A DNA stretch of 64,000 bases from Psammoneis japonica (GCA_008632985.1 QPGO01000095.1:59681-123680); one strand, 5' to 3'; counted from the stretch's first letter, positions 24,681 through 37,139 are shown. Made by a program: numbers and translations. Notes: generated by a model not told the origin, from the sequence alone.

Positions 24681-25851
24681 AAAATTGAATCCAATGTACT
24701 CAAAATTGCCTGTGGGTCCCGGTGGCACACAAGAGTTCCCAACAAGGTGCCCACACACCACATCTCTCATGTTGTTGTTGCTTGCATTGCCACTTCCATA
24801 ACACGGCCTTCTTTTGCTGGCACACGGCAGATGCAAGGGTGGAGCCGCACACCTTTGTAATGGTTCCTCTGGGGATCTCGCTTGCGTTTTGGGAGACGAT
24901 GCCGTGGGCGATTCTCATGTCATCACTGTAACAGGTAGAGGAAGGAGAGGTCAAATAAAAGCGCCAGTGGTGACGGGCTCCTTTTGACGGTAATGGAGAT
25001 GCACGTCTTCGAGTGGGGTGTGATGGGTCGAGCCGCAATGGGAGCTGAAGAGGAAAAAATGGGTTGGTGCCGATGATTCCTGAGCCCGTGAAAAGCGCAC
25101 AATAAAGGATGCAACTTGCCAAACATGAATCTCTTGGTCTCTATTGTTAAGAGCGCAAGTGGTGTCTGGGAGAGCAAGCGTCTTGCTGAACAGTGGTGAC
25201 ATCAAAAGAGGTTGTCGTCAGCGGCTGTGGTTCTGTCGTGGTAAAAAAATTCTGGCTCTGGAGGTGTCACAGCAATTCAGCGTCCGGGTTCCGTCTATGA
25301 AGGTAACGCGTTGTTTGCCGCGCACGGTGGGACTGGGCGGTGCAGCATTCTAGTGCTTCGAGCGCTCGGTGCTGAGCAACCAGTTCTGCTGGGTTGGGGG
25401 AGCTGAACACCACAGCAGAACGCGGCAGCAGGGTGCAGGTGTTGTCGCAGCGGCAACCGTCCAAGCCAAAGAAAGGCTTCAGATCGAGCACAGGGTCACA
25501 GACGACCAGAGGAGCCAATCCGGCAAAGTCAAAGTCAGCAAGACAAGGTGGTGCAGGCTGAGTGTAGTCGCCGTTATAAACTGGAGTGCGGTCAGCCACG
25601 CAGTGCATGGAGAGACTCTTAGTGGCGCACGGTGCGAGTGGAACGAGGCGAGCAATCTTGGATGTTTTCCTGCTGGCGCGGCTGCGGATTCGCCCACGGC
25701 TGCGGTGGGCCTTGCGAAGTGGCGGTTGAGCCCTCAACACGTGCTCGTGTGTCCTGGTGCGCATTGACGATGCGGTGTTCGCAGAGAACGTGTGTGCGAA
25801 CTTGCCGGCAAACGTTCCGCTGCTTGACACTGTCACTGTCGTCTCAACAGT

Positions 25852-26020
25852 GCCCAAAGCAGAACTCTGTCGACAGGGACCGGCGGACTCCAGGGGAGTG
25901 GGGTCAAAACCTAATCGAGAGATGTGTCTGCTTTCCGTTGCCTCAAGAGCACCCAAAGCAAAACTCTGTTGACAGGGACCGGCAGACTCCAGGGGAGTGG
26001 GGTCGAAACCTGATTGCGAG
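25852..26020. repeat. Two copies of a 99-bp-spaced direct repeat
   Basis: cccaaagca.aactctgt.gacagggaccggc.gactccaggggagtggggtc.aaacct at ~25853 and ~25952. Confidence 0.85.
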
Positions 26021-26504
26021 AAGCACTTGCTTGTTGTCGGGCTGCGAGCTGCACGTCCCAAACCCCCACACTGTCGAGACCGGCTGTAACTCGATCGCGA
26101 CAAGTGCTTGTCGTTGGTGGGACGACGCAGCAAGGCACGAGGCAGTTGCGACATGGTGTGTCTCAATTTGAAATGTGTTCAAAACACAATGACGGAAGTG
26201 TTGTCGCATTGTTTTTGTCTCCGCGGAGGGAGGATCATCCCACGGCAATCTCAGTGCGAGTTCTCGCGTAGAAGTGCATTGCGTGCCGTGCCAGCTCGTG
26301 TGTTTGAATTGCACGGACATGCAAGCACGGCAGCGATGAGAAGCAGGTCGAGATTCAAAACAAATTTTGCCGCCTGAAGGCGTCTCATTGTTTCAACGCG
26401 TCTGCACATCTGTTTGAAATGACTTTGTGCGTCGCTCCATGCGCAGGTAGAGGCAGCACGCAGCATTTGAAAATTTCGCGTGCACAGAGGGCACGACGGC
26501 AATT

Positions 26505-27472
26505 TTGCGCATTCTGCGCACGTCACAGTTTGGTTTGAAAACGCGACGTCTGGTCGAACCCGCTGCAAGCAAGGTTGATGTTGCCACAAGGTTGGATGCG
26601 ATGAACCATCGTTGCAGAAGTGTTGGGGAGTTTTGTCATCAAACGGCTCCGGACTCCGCGTTCCAGAGCAGGCATGTCTCCGGAGACGGAAGCGGATCTT
26701 TGCACGGCGGCGAAGTTGGCTTTGCTTTGAGCAGCGAAGTGTTTTTGAACGAACGCCTTCTTGGCGTGAATCACACCTGCGACACATCTGTCGACATGGG
26801 CAGGGGAGTTGCTGGACCCAGCATCGGGCTCAAGTTACTTCATCGCCGTTGCACCGTGGTGAGCATCGAGGCCGACCACGATCGTCACCAAGAGGCTGCA
26901 CGTTGGGCTCATCGTGCTGGCCTTTGCTCGAACGGTGGGTTGGAGTTGATCAACAAGTCATTCTTGGACGAGAGGCTGGCTCCTTTGTGGAAAAAGAAAG
27001 GACTCAAGGTGTTCTTCAACAACCACAACTCCCGCATGGTCGACGACAAGAACACACAGCAGAAGGCAGAAGCAATGCTTTCAAAGTTGTGTCGTGCTGG
27101 GACCGTGATGTGGTGGCACTAGATCCGCTGTTCGCGTCGTGTGCGGGAGAGTGGATGTGCGAGTCGTTCACGGCGGATTGCCATGATGGCGACTTTTTGT
27201 GGCACAGCGGAGACGTGAAACATCTCGTCTTCCACAAGCACACCAAGAAAGAGGAGACTTCTCAGTCAACCAGCCAGCACATGCGACGTCCCACTCCGAC
27301 ACACTTGGAACGGAAGCACTTGCCCGTCGCGAAATGGCCAATTTTACTCAAGAACTCAACTGGACTGTTTTTTTACTGTCACTGCACTAGACGTCACATG
27401 CTAGTTGCTCCACTCAATTCGCCATCGCTTCGTAGTGACGTAAAGTTGTCGTCGGAGATGGTGCATGCTTGA
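26505..27472 (+). pseudogene. DOT1-like class I SAM-dependent methyltransferase, frameshifted near 27105
   Basis: GSLHGGEV (cf. YGE), VDMGRGVAGP (motif I, DLGSGxG-like), VSIEAD, KSFLD, VFFNNH (cf. IFVNNF), then VVALDP...FLWHSG. Confidence 0.5.
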
Positions 27473-27559
27473 AGAGACAGAGGAAAGCTGAGTTGCAATC
27501 GACACTTAGTTTGCCAAACATTTGCAAATTTACACCACACCGGCAAAAAAAAAAACAAC

Positions 27560-28432
27560 TCAGTCTTCGTCACTGTCCTGAAGCACCAAGTCGTCATCGA
27601 CGTTCAGGTCAACTTCGCAGTTGAGCTCGACATCATCGTCGGCCTCTTCTCCAGCTTCTTCTGCCGGAGCTCCAATGAGACGACAGAGTTCCACAGGCAA
27701 CGACCCCTCGTAGAAGCAACTGTGAAGTGAGTTCTTGTTTTGGGCGTGCCAACCGATGTGAAACTGACCACCTTCCTTCTGAAGCTCGGCAATCGCCGCC
27801 TTGTTGCCGATCACTTCGGACCAAACAGCATCCTTCATCCAGAAGAAGTCATCTTCAACGAAGACCTCAGTGTTGTTCTCAGGGTCATCGTTGAGCTGCT
27901 TCGCAATGTGCTTCCCGAGGCCGCGCACTTTGGCTTCGGTTGGGACTTCTTCGAGGAAGATGAAGAAGAGACGCGCAGCGCAGTTCTTGGCGTTCGTCTG
28001 CAACTCGCCTTCGTGAACCCACCTGCCAGCGCAAGGGTGGAATCCGACTTGAACCGCCCACGGAGTCCTGCTGCGAAGGTTGTCAAACAAAACCTTCTCC
28101 GACCAAACATTGGTCAAAAGGGGATTCTTGGCTTGGAGACGAAAAACGACGCCTTTCTTGCGGCCGACAGTGACGGTGGCGCAGCGCAGGAGGGCGTCCT
28201 CATCGGAATGGCTGCCATCGTCAGAACCGGCGGATTTGGAAAGCTTGAACCCATGCTTGGCAAGGCAGTCTTCCGGTTTGAGGTTGTCGTCGGTCAAGCC
28301 ATTGGTCTTGCGGGGCGGACTTGGTTTCTTCAACAGAGCATCAGAAAACTTCGTCTTTGCCTTCTTCTGTTTGGTTTTGGCAACTTTGGCTTTCGCAGCC
28401 GGGGAGGTCGTTGTGTTTCTTTTGCATGCCAT
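27560..28432 (-). CDS. Hypothetical protein (basic N-terminus, acidic tail), probable element cargo
   Basis: Open ~290-codon frame with protein-like composition and a single Tyr. Confidence 0.55.
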   Translation of the reverse strand: MACKRNTTTSPAAKAKVAKTKQKKAKTKFSDALLKKPSPPRKTNGLTDDNLKPEDCLAKHGFKLSKSAGSDDGSHSDEDALLRCATVTVGRKKGVVFRLQAKNPLLTNVWSEKVLFDNLRSRTPWAVQVGFHPCAGRWVHEGELQTNAKNCAARLFFIFLEEVPTEAKVRGLGKHIAKQLNDDPENNTEVFVEDDFFWMKDAVWSEVIGNKAAIAELQKEGGQFHIGWHAQNKNSLHSCFYEGSLPVELCRLIGAPAEEAGEEADDDVELNCEVDLNVDDDLVLQDSDED

Positions 28433-28908
28433 CGAATCAGTCGGAGAGAAATTGTGGGAACAAAAAGTGCGATCATCCAGATGTGCCAAGAAAGACCCAG
28501 CAAAGCTGCGCACATCATGCCAAGGAGAACTGGCAACGTCAGCAACTAGATCCAAACACGTCGAACTGCAACAAGGCAACCTTCCAGGTGTCAGCACTTG
28601 CAAGTGGTGCATGGATTCAATTTGAACAAAACAGATGCAAGGATCGGAGCATGCAAAGTCGCACTGAGTTTGCTGAAAATGCGTAAAATCACGCGCAATT
28701 CCGTCCGTGCTTCGTGTGCATTTCAGCCGTTGCTGCCGCGTAGCCAAGGTGGGCCCATCACCCATTTGGAGGATTCGCGCGCACTTTGGAAACACGAATG
28801 ACGTCAATCGCATTGTCGCTGCCACACGACTAACTCAACTGCCCCGCCACTCGTTAAAACGTGATTCTACAGAATTTACGTAAAGCTGCGCCCACCACCA
28901 AGATTGCC

Positions 28909-29011
28909 GAAACAACTTGAACAAGATCCGAATCTTACCCCATGGAATGTTCAGAGCAGATGGTCAAAACAACTTGAACAAGATCCAAATCTCATCCCAT
29001 GGGATGTTCAA
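28909..29011 (+). repeat. 57-bp tandem duplication (KQLEQDPNL.PW.VQ x2)
   Basis: Seen directly. Confidence 0.85.
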
Positions 29012-29249
29012 CGTCGACGAAACCAAGCAGGATGTCATGCGTCTGGTGCAAAGAAGGACGTGGGAGGAACGCACATGTCGCTCTTCCATCGAGGTGAAAG
29101 AGGCACACTTTCGTCTCACTTTTTTGTGACAGAACCTTTGCGCAAAGGGAAACGAAAAGCATCCAACTACAGTGATTGGGCCACACCAATCGCAGTTCTC
29201 AGTTCTCACAGTGACCTGGCAACGCAGGTTGTGAGATGATGCACAAGCT

Positions 29250-29830
29250 CAGCTGCGGTGACTGGACAACACCAGTCGCAGCTCTCACAGAGACCTGATC
29301 GCACAGGTTGTGAGAACACGACACAACGCTGCGGTGATCGGACAGCACTGACGCAGTTCGTCAAGCAACTAATTCACTTGGCTGCGGTGACTGGACGACA
29401 CCAGTCGCAGCTCTCACAGCGACCTGATTGCACAGGTTGTGAGCAAACAACACAGCGCTGCACCTCGCAACGTAGGTTGTGAGATGACGCACAAGCTCAG
29501 CTGCGGTGACTGGACGACACCAGTCGCAGCTCTCACAGAGACCTGATTGCACAGGTTGTGAGAACACGACACAATGCTGCGGTGATCGGGTGGCACCGAC
29601 GCAGTTCGTCAAGTGACTGATTGGCTCGGCTGCGGTGACTGGACAGCACCAGTCGCAGCACTCACAGTGACCTGATTGCACAGGTTGTGAGAAGACGACA
29701 CAGCGCTGCGGTGAACGGGTGGCACCGACGCGGTTCGTTGATCAACTGGACAGAACCACTGCAGTGACTGGACAACACCAGTTGCAGTGCTGCAGGTGGT
29801 GAGAAAACACACATCGCTGTGGTGATTGGA
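29250..29830. repeat. Tandem ~120-130-bp repeats upstream of the Rep-helicase ORF (about 5 copies)
   Basis: gctgcggtgactggac.caccagtcgcag at ~29252, 29381, 29500, 29629 and 29760. Confidence 0.9.
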
Positions 29831-29932
29831 CAGCACCGATCGCAGCTTCACGGTGATCGCACTGAAAAAACAACTGTTTTCACTGAGCAACTTCTTGAAA
29901 TTTGTTGAGTCAAAGTGTCAGCTTAAATTAAA

Positions 29933-32900
29933 ATGGACGAGGCCAACTCCCGTGTTTGTAGTGCAATCAACAGAAAGTTTGAGATGCTTTTTCTACATGG
30001 AGACGGAGAATTTAGACCACACGCATGTTCAGTCTGTGACGTTCTGCTGAAACCTAGAGAAGTTTGTTGCTTGCCGCTCGAAACATTGGAATCAGCAAGA
30101 AACTCACTCACCCCTTCAGACTGGAACAGCGCATCTGATCGTCTCAAGTCCTGCTGCACTGTAGAGCATGAAGACACTGATTGGATCAAAGACCTGCCAC
30201 TTTCTCCCCGCGCCCAATGCGCAGTGCAGGAAGACAGACGACGCGTCGACGGATTCACTTGCTGCAGCGAATGCCGAAGAAGCCTGGGAAGAGCCGTCAC
30301 GCCAATGTGCGCGACAGCGAACAACCACTGTTTCGGTGCCCCGCCGCACGAACTGTTGTCTCTAACCGAGGTAGAATTGGCAATGCTCACACCAGTGAAA
30401 ACACACGGATGCTGCTTCAGTTGCCTTGGCGGCAAACAGAAGAAGCTTCAGGGAAGTCTGACACACTGCAAAGTCAAGATACAAAGCATCGTAAGAACTG
30501 TTGTGCACTTCGACGTGCTGAATTTACATCAGAATGTGATTGCACTGATGACTGGAAAGATGACTCCGGAGCAAAGACAACTTGCGCGTTCAAAGAACAG
30601 AATTAGGACGCACCACATGCCAAGGGCGATGGAATGGCTGTTGTGCCACAACCAAGAGTGGGTGTGCCAACAGACAAATCTAGATGAAGTCAGGCGTAAT
30701 CTGCGGAATCCCGCACTTGTCGACAGCACCAGCGAAGAAGAAGGAGAAAATGCAAACATTGAGACCTCAGAGTCATTTCACATTTGCTTTCCTGATGGAA
30801 CCATGTCTCCTGCGACCGGTGGTCAGTGCAACCTGGGCTGCTTCAAAGATCTTGTGCACGAAGCCACTGCCAACGGATTTGATTTAGAGGTGCAAGCACA
30901 GTTGTCCAAAGAATCTGCGAGTGATTTCAAAGGCAACAACTTCGTCAACGCGTGTCTGCTGCAGTTTCCTTTTGGCAGAGGAGGAATCAATGAGACGAGA
31001 ATGAAGAAAGACGGAAGTCTTGCAGATGGCACCAACCTTGCACACTGTGCCGACCACTTGGCACGGATTTCCCAGCCTCACTTCCACGAGCAGCTCTTCG
31101 TGTTAACATGCTGCAACTTGACAATGAAGCAAAGGATGCTGCAGAGCGCAGGGTGGAAAGTCAGGGACAAGAATCAGGCTGCACAGTTTGCAAACGAACC
31201 AACAGTGGACGATGTGGATGGAGCTGTTTGTGATCGCAACTTGGGCAAGAGAAGAGATTGTGGACTCGGGCACCACTTTTTGCGCGCACTCGACGTTGCA
31301 TCTGCGTCTCTGCCACACAGCAACGAAGCAGCAAAGAAAATGAGGAGAAACGCCGAAACTTGTCAGCATCATTTTGGTCAGGGTGGCATTTTCTTAACCG
31401 TCAGTCCGGACGATGCAAATTCGTTTCTTGTGCAACTGTGCTTGGGTGTCATCCTGGACCCAAACGAAGATGTGACACAACTGACGGACGAAATTCTTGC
31501 CAGCAGGGCCAAGCAACGTAATGAACTGCATCTAAAGATTCCCGGTCTAACAGCCTTTGCATTCGAGTGCTTGTTTGACATTGTGACAGAAGAGGCAGTG
31601 GGTTGGGATCTGAGCACTGACCAACCAAGAGAAAACTTTAACTTCTACATTGACAGGCCAGCCGCATTTTTAGCCGCAGTTGAGGAGCAGGGACGTCTGA
31701 CAGTGCACGGACACATGCAGATCTGGTTCGCATTGATCAACAATGCAAGAGAGAAACTGCATTTGCCAATGAGACAGATCCAACACAAAGGTGCTGAGCA
31801 CCTTGCCAACACAGTTCAGAAGATCTGCAGCACGGAATTAATCTGTGGCGAGGACTTCAGCACCAACGCGTTGCGCGAAGCATTCGATCATGACTGCACA
31901 GTGCCAAAAATGTGTCACACCTCTCCAAAAGCAGCAGACGACCAACAGCTGAGAAACCTGAGGCACAAAGACGGCCAGCAGTCGAAGAACGGAATGTTTG
32001 CTTGTTGTCGTCACTGCACCAAGCACTGGACAAACGTCGAGTTTGTAGAAAGCTTTTTACAGTCACGGCACCGTGCACCTGGCCTGACTCGCCATCCAGA
32101 CAACCATGCAAAGCGACTAAAAGCAATGTGTGTGCAACACCAGCGAAGTGGTCCGCAAGGGACAGTGGGGGCACACATGCCGGACGCAGCTTACAACCAT
32201 CACATGCACGTTACGAAGTCGTGTTTTCCCAAATGCGCAGAGTTACGTAAAATGCGTAAAAAAACCCCACACGAGGAACTGGACACGCAGTTAAGGAAAA
32301 GGAAACGAGAGGAGCTCAAACTGGGTGACTGCCGTCACAGGCAACCAGCTGCTTCGTGTCCAAATAATTTGGCAAGGAACGCAGATGACACTCAGACAAA
32401 GTGGTTCAGCTGGGATGGAACTTTTGCGCATCGGTGCGTGAAGGAAGTTGTTCCGAAGAGGAGAAAGTGCGATGCTTTTCAAAACGTGTCGTGCCCTGCA
32501 ACAAGCAGATCAAAACTGACACGCAACACAAACATTGCTTCGTTGATGCCTGGACCGTCTGCTCAACACACGATCAAGTACATCCTAAAAGACACCCAGA
32601 AAGATGACACTGCATCGTACGACGAAGTGCTTCGAACTGCGAACAGGATGGCAACGGAATTACGGAAACATGCATCTGATGCATCGGAAGCAATCAGACG
32701 TCTCATGTGGGGTGCTTGCTCGCATGACAAGACGAATGTCATTGGACCACCACTTGCGTCTTACATGACAAGGAACGGAAGCCGTTTCATCGAATCTCAT
32801 TTGACCGCATGGTGCCCCTTGAAAGACATTGTCAGCACACTAGAAAGAGACGAAGTGTCTGCGACTGTAGCCCATTTTGGCGATGCACCGTTCTTCCAAT

Positions 32901-35584
32901 GCCAGGTCTTGCACCACCTGTGTCGTCCAACAGCACTGGAGAATCTCAGTCCATTTGCGTTTTTTGGTGAGTGCGAAGTTCTTCGCAACACAAGGAAAAA
33001 CGAACACGGCATGATGATGTTCGACAACAGAGCGCACAGGCACCCGTCTTGTAATTCAACGAAGAACAAGTTTCTTCAAGGTGTCAGACAGCGACAGCAA
33101 CCGCGATTGTTGAAAGTGCTTCAGCACGATCTTCCTGATGCAGCCAAGTTTGGCAGTTGCCTTGCAGATCCACAGCAACCAACAACACTGGACAAAGAAT
33201 TGTGCTGCAAGTTGGCATTGGCCTTGTTTGCGCCTTGCAGAACAATGACGGAACTCAAACCAATGGCCCACACATGCCTGCATGAATTCCAACTCTCCGC
33301 AGCAGCCGGTGTCATTGCAGAGGAAAACTTGAACTTCTTGCAGAACCTGCAGGATGCCAAGTCCAACTGCCTTCGTCTCAAAAGTGCATCTGACGATCTG
33401 CAAAGAAAGACGGAGCAATTTAGACCTGCTGACGTTGCGTTTGACTGTTGCGAAAGTGACGAGGAAGAAGGTCTTTCAGGCGCCGTTCAGGGTCAACTGC
33501 TGGATGCACTCTTGGAAGAAATGGCAGAGCAGCCAGAAGACGATGACATTGGGTTGAGCGACCAAGCAGTTGTTCCTGCGCATTTGAGCGGCAAACGTGC
33601 AAGACAGAAAGGTTCACACATGGGTGGTTGCAAATGCTTGGCAGACATGCACACTGACCCACCAAACAAGGAAAGCCAGGTCAATGAACGACAACTTTTT
33701 GAGAATCTAGAGGGCGGCGATGACACCGACGAGGAAGACCAGAATGAAGGAGTGCAACAACACATCCACAGCAGACCACTGTCAAGAGACGACATTGTTC
33801 GAGTGATGCTGACTAGAACGCAAAGAACAAGAAGGTCGTTTGAGGACATGACAGGTTTGGAAGAACACGTCGATGTACGTCAAGCAAACGGATCTGCAGC
33901 AAGCATCGTAGACTGGGCTGGGAAAGCAAGACTGGACAGGCAACAGCAGCGTGCCTTTGAAATTCTGGCAGGAACCTTTGTGCTCACTCACTGCCAAGAC
34001 GCTCTTCAAGACGAGACGTCACGCAATGGACTCAACAGGAGAAATGGCAGACACGAATTCGCAACAAACCTTCGCCGATTGAAGAAACTCGTGGAAGTGC
34101 AAAGACGTGGAACGTTGCAACTTGTGTGTTTTTTACATGGTGCAGGTGGAAGTGGCAAATCAACCACAACAGACCTCGTCGTGGAATGCGGAAGAGAGTG
34201 CTGCTCGCTTGTTGAGCAGCCGTTCACAACAAGCACAATCAGAGTGACTGCACTGACCGGAGTGGCTGCGACTGTTCTCAAAGGGGACACAATCCACCGA
34301 GTTGCATGCCTCATGAGAAGAAAGCAAATGACCGAAGAGCAAATTGAAGCATGGTCAGACACGAGACTTTTGGTGGTAGACGAGATTTCTTTTGCAAGCA
34401 AGAGAGAACTAGAAAAACTCCATGAGAATTTAACGGCATTGAAGAGCGAATTGAGCAAGCCGTGCGGTGGTGTGAACATTGTTTTCGCAGGTGACCTCAG
34501 GCAACTAGAACCAGTCGGAAAAGGAGTGAAACCACCACACAAAGATGCATGTCCTGAGTTTCACGAGTGGATCAACTGCTGCGTGGAACTTCGTGGTGTA
34601 CACAGGTTTAAAGACGATCCATCATGGGGAAAACTGCTTGAGAGATTCCGTGCTGGTAAGATTGCAGTTGACGACATAGAGTGCATCAACGAACGAGCTG
34701 TTCAGAACGAAGATGATCTGCCCAGTGACCTCCGCTGTGCTGCGTACGCAAATAACGACAGAGATGCAATTGACACTGGCCCATTCGAAAAATGAGTAGA
34801 AACACTGCATGGAAGAGATGGAGACGTCCTTGACTCAATGTTGATTTTCAGTGACGACTTGCAGGTGCAGAATGGCACGAGACTCTGCCAACCATTTCCG
34901 GTTTGCAACAGCTTCTGGAACAACTGTGGTGAAGGAGACGTTGTCATGCAGTCAGGAAGAATGGATCCAGTCTTACGAATTTACAGAAGATGCAGAGTCA
35001 TGACACCTTTCAACGAAAATGCAGCAAACGGTCAAGCAAACGGAACGCAAGCCACTGTTGACAAGGTCGTTCTCAAACCAGGACAGGAACCAAGACTGGT
35101 GACTTTAGACAACAACATTGGCATTCCTGCTGCACTTGCCAGTCAGGTAGACCACGTTGCATTGGAACACTGCAACAAAAGCATCGACCCCGCGAAGTTT
35201 TTAGTTGAGCCAAAAACAAATGCTTTCAGGGCTTGCATCGCCAAGCCCAGCCTAATTTTAGAAGAAGGCGACAAACAAAGGCACACTTTCCAACTGAAGG
35301 CAACCCAGCTGCCGTTTGTCATCAACAATGCCACTGCAGGGCACAAACTGCAAGGGAGTGGAGTCCCGCAGTTGTTTGTGCACTCTTGGAGCTACACTCA
35401 GAATTGGGTGCATGTTGTGCTCTCCAGAGTAAAGACCAGAGAAGGGCTGTTCATGCGAAAGCCACTGAGCAAGGACCTGCGAAAATGCAAGGTCCCAGAA
35501 GGCTACGAAGCCTTGACAAGACTCATGAAGGAGAGAAGCGCCACGCATTTTTCTCAGCAACAGTGCGCAGAAATGTCAATGTAG
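29933..35584 (+). mobile_element. Helitron Rep-helicase (DUF6570-like region, HUH Rep, PIF1 helicase); one in-frame TGA at 34793-34795; hypermutated
   Basis: FGQGGIFLTVSPDD; VEEQGRLTVHGHMQIW (HUH); HTIKYILK (YxxKYxxK); GAGGSGKS; LVVDEIS; GGVNIVFAGDLRQLEPV; HRFKDDP; ANGT; HKLQG; VHVVLSRV. ORF 34838-35584 is in the same frame. Confidence 0.93.
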
Positions 35585-35730
35585 TGCGCAAACATTAGAT
35601 TAGGATGCTCAACCACTGCACAACTGTTTGGCGACCCCAACCGTAAAAATGCGGAAATTTCGTAAAATAAAATGTTTCGATTAGATCAGCACATTGCGCA
35701 GAAATCTACACATGCGTCACACAACGTCGA

Positions 35731-36201
35731 ATGGATTTTAACCAACAAACCAAGAAACGCGAACGCAACCGTCACAGAAAACGCAGCAACAGAGAAAACA
35801 TGGATTTGCAACAACAAACAAAGAAGGCAGACGAGCCAAAGAAAACTGGTGAGGACAAGAAAAAGGTGCAGACATGTGCGGAACTTCTTCAGTCATTGAT
35901 GAACAAGGAAGACGAAGAGGAGACTACCTTGGAAGAAGCAAGAGCGGCGTTTGACCTCACCTCGGGAAATTTTGATGTCACTTCTGCACTTGTGCAAGAC
36001 AACACGACAGCGGACAGTCATCATGTGGAAACAACGGTCGCACCCAAGGATGATTCAACCATGGAGGAGCTAAAGGCAGCACATGCAGCGGCGATTCCAC
36101 AGCGGTCGGGGAGATTTTTCACCGAGGAGGAGATGGTGGAGCAGGAGAAGGAGCAAGCAAAGTCCCTTCAGAAGAAGTGTGGCCAGAAACAATGGAATTG
36201 A
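35731..36201 (+). CDS. Hypothetical charged protein downstream of Rep-helicase
   Basis: 156-aa ATG ORF, K/E-rich, no Tyr. Confidence 0.4.
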   Translation: MDFNQQTKKRERNRHRKRSNRENMDLQQQTKKADEPKKTGEDKKKVQTCAELLQSLMNKEDEEETTLEEARAAFDLTSGNFDVTSALVQDNTTADSHHVETTVAPKDDSTMEELKAAHAAAIPQRSGRFFTEEEMVEQEKEQAKSLQKKCGQKQWN

Positions 36202-37139
36202 GCAAGTTGCAAATGACTGTTTGGCAAAGACAACCGCATCAATGCGCAAAATGCATGCACATGGACTTTCACTTAAGCCGCCGCGGATTGAGTGTGGCCA
36301 CAAACAAGGACTGACTGTTTGGCAAAGAAACTGTGACAATGCGTAAATTTCGTACATTTCCACATTCACTTAATCCAACGCAGCTTGCCTTGGACAACAT
36401 CAACGTGCACAACTGTGCAACATCAACATGCACAGACAGCCTCATGAAACCTCACAGAAGACAGAACGGTCAGAAGCAAAACAACCAGCACCATGCACTG
36501 ATGCATGTCAGTCATGTCACGTGGGTCACGCAAAAGTGTGCACTGAAACAACCGTCATGTGTTGTGATTAATTCGAACACCCGGCGCAAAATGCAGCAAA
36601 ATGACTGGTGCAGGCAATCGTCATGGCTCCATTTTCTGATGGTGGCGAGGGCGGCAATCCAAAATCTTTCAGTTTCAGACTTCGATCTAGAGAGTTCCAC
36701 CTAAAAGAGGAGGAGCCAATTGCACTCTTCTGGACAGTGCTGCGGAGGGCGGGCAGAAACTGCTTTTGCCGACCTGTCGAACGATTTTCGATTTCGGCAC
36801 TTGCACACATCATGCTCGCTCCGTGATGGCATCTGCGCAAACTTCCGAGCAAGTGCCGATGCAATCAAACGCAAAACTGCACCCCAGCAGATGAAAGAGA
36901 GCTCAAGAGCCAGTGCCACAACAACATCCTCCCACACGGTCACAACCTTCTAAGACATGTGTCACCCCTTCTCGTGGAGAGAGAGAGAGAGCCCCCTGCA
37001 CAAATCTGAACCGTTCCGCACCAACGCCAGATGGGACCACAATTCACTCTCAGTCCCCGCAAAATGTCAAGTCCATTGCCGATTCATCTAAACTGAAACA
37101 TCTTCTCATGTGGAGAGATGAAACACACACAAAACCCAG

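Larger units (their letters stand above)
22800..25310. repeat. Large diverged inverted duplication: arms 22800-23200/24915-25310 and 23370-23480/24140-24250
   Basis: gtcaccactggcgcttttattcggcctttccttcctctacctg (from ~23146) matches the reverse complement of ~24932-24975. ttcgttgcggtcgtgcatgtaactaa (23455-23480) matches the reverse complement of ttagttacatgcacgaccacaacgaa (24145-24170). Confidence 0.85.
18600..37000 (+). mobile_element. Candidate giant Helitron-like element with cargo genes (boundaries inferred)
   Basis: Contiguous block that is TA-poor but retains CG, containing Rep-PIF1 plus SET-, TET/JBP- and DOT1-like and unknown ORFs. Termini were not identified. Confidence 0.45.

Noticed and set aside
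25852..26020. ggtttcgacccc resembling a tRNA T-loop/B-box
   Set aside because: No cloverleaf or A-box found; the 99-bp spacing fits an in-frame coding repeat.
27740..28549. 269-aa plus-strand ORF
   Set aside because: Antisense shadow of the more protein-like minus-strand ORF.
29250..29830. CRISPR-like appearance of regularly spaced repeats
   Set aside because: The intervening sequences are themselves homologous, there are no cas genes, and the context is eukaryotic.
29933..35584. Alternative genetic code or RNA editing as the explanation for Tyr loss
   Set aside because: Adjacent host genes use Tyr normally, and TA loss also affects non-coding DNA and all codon positions.
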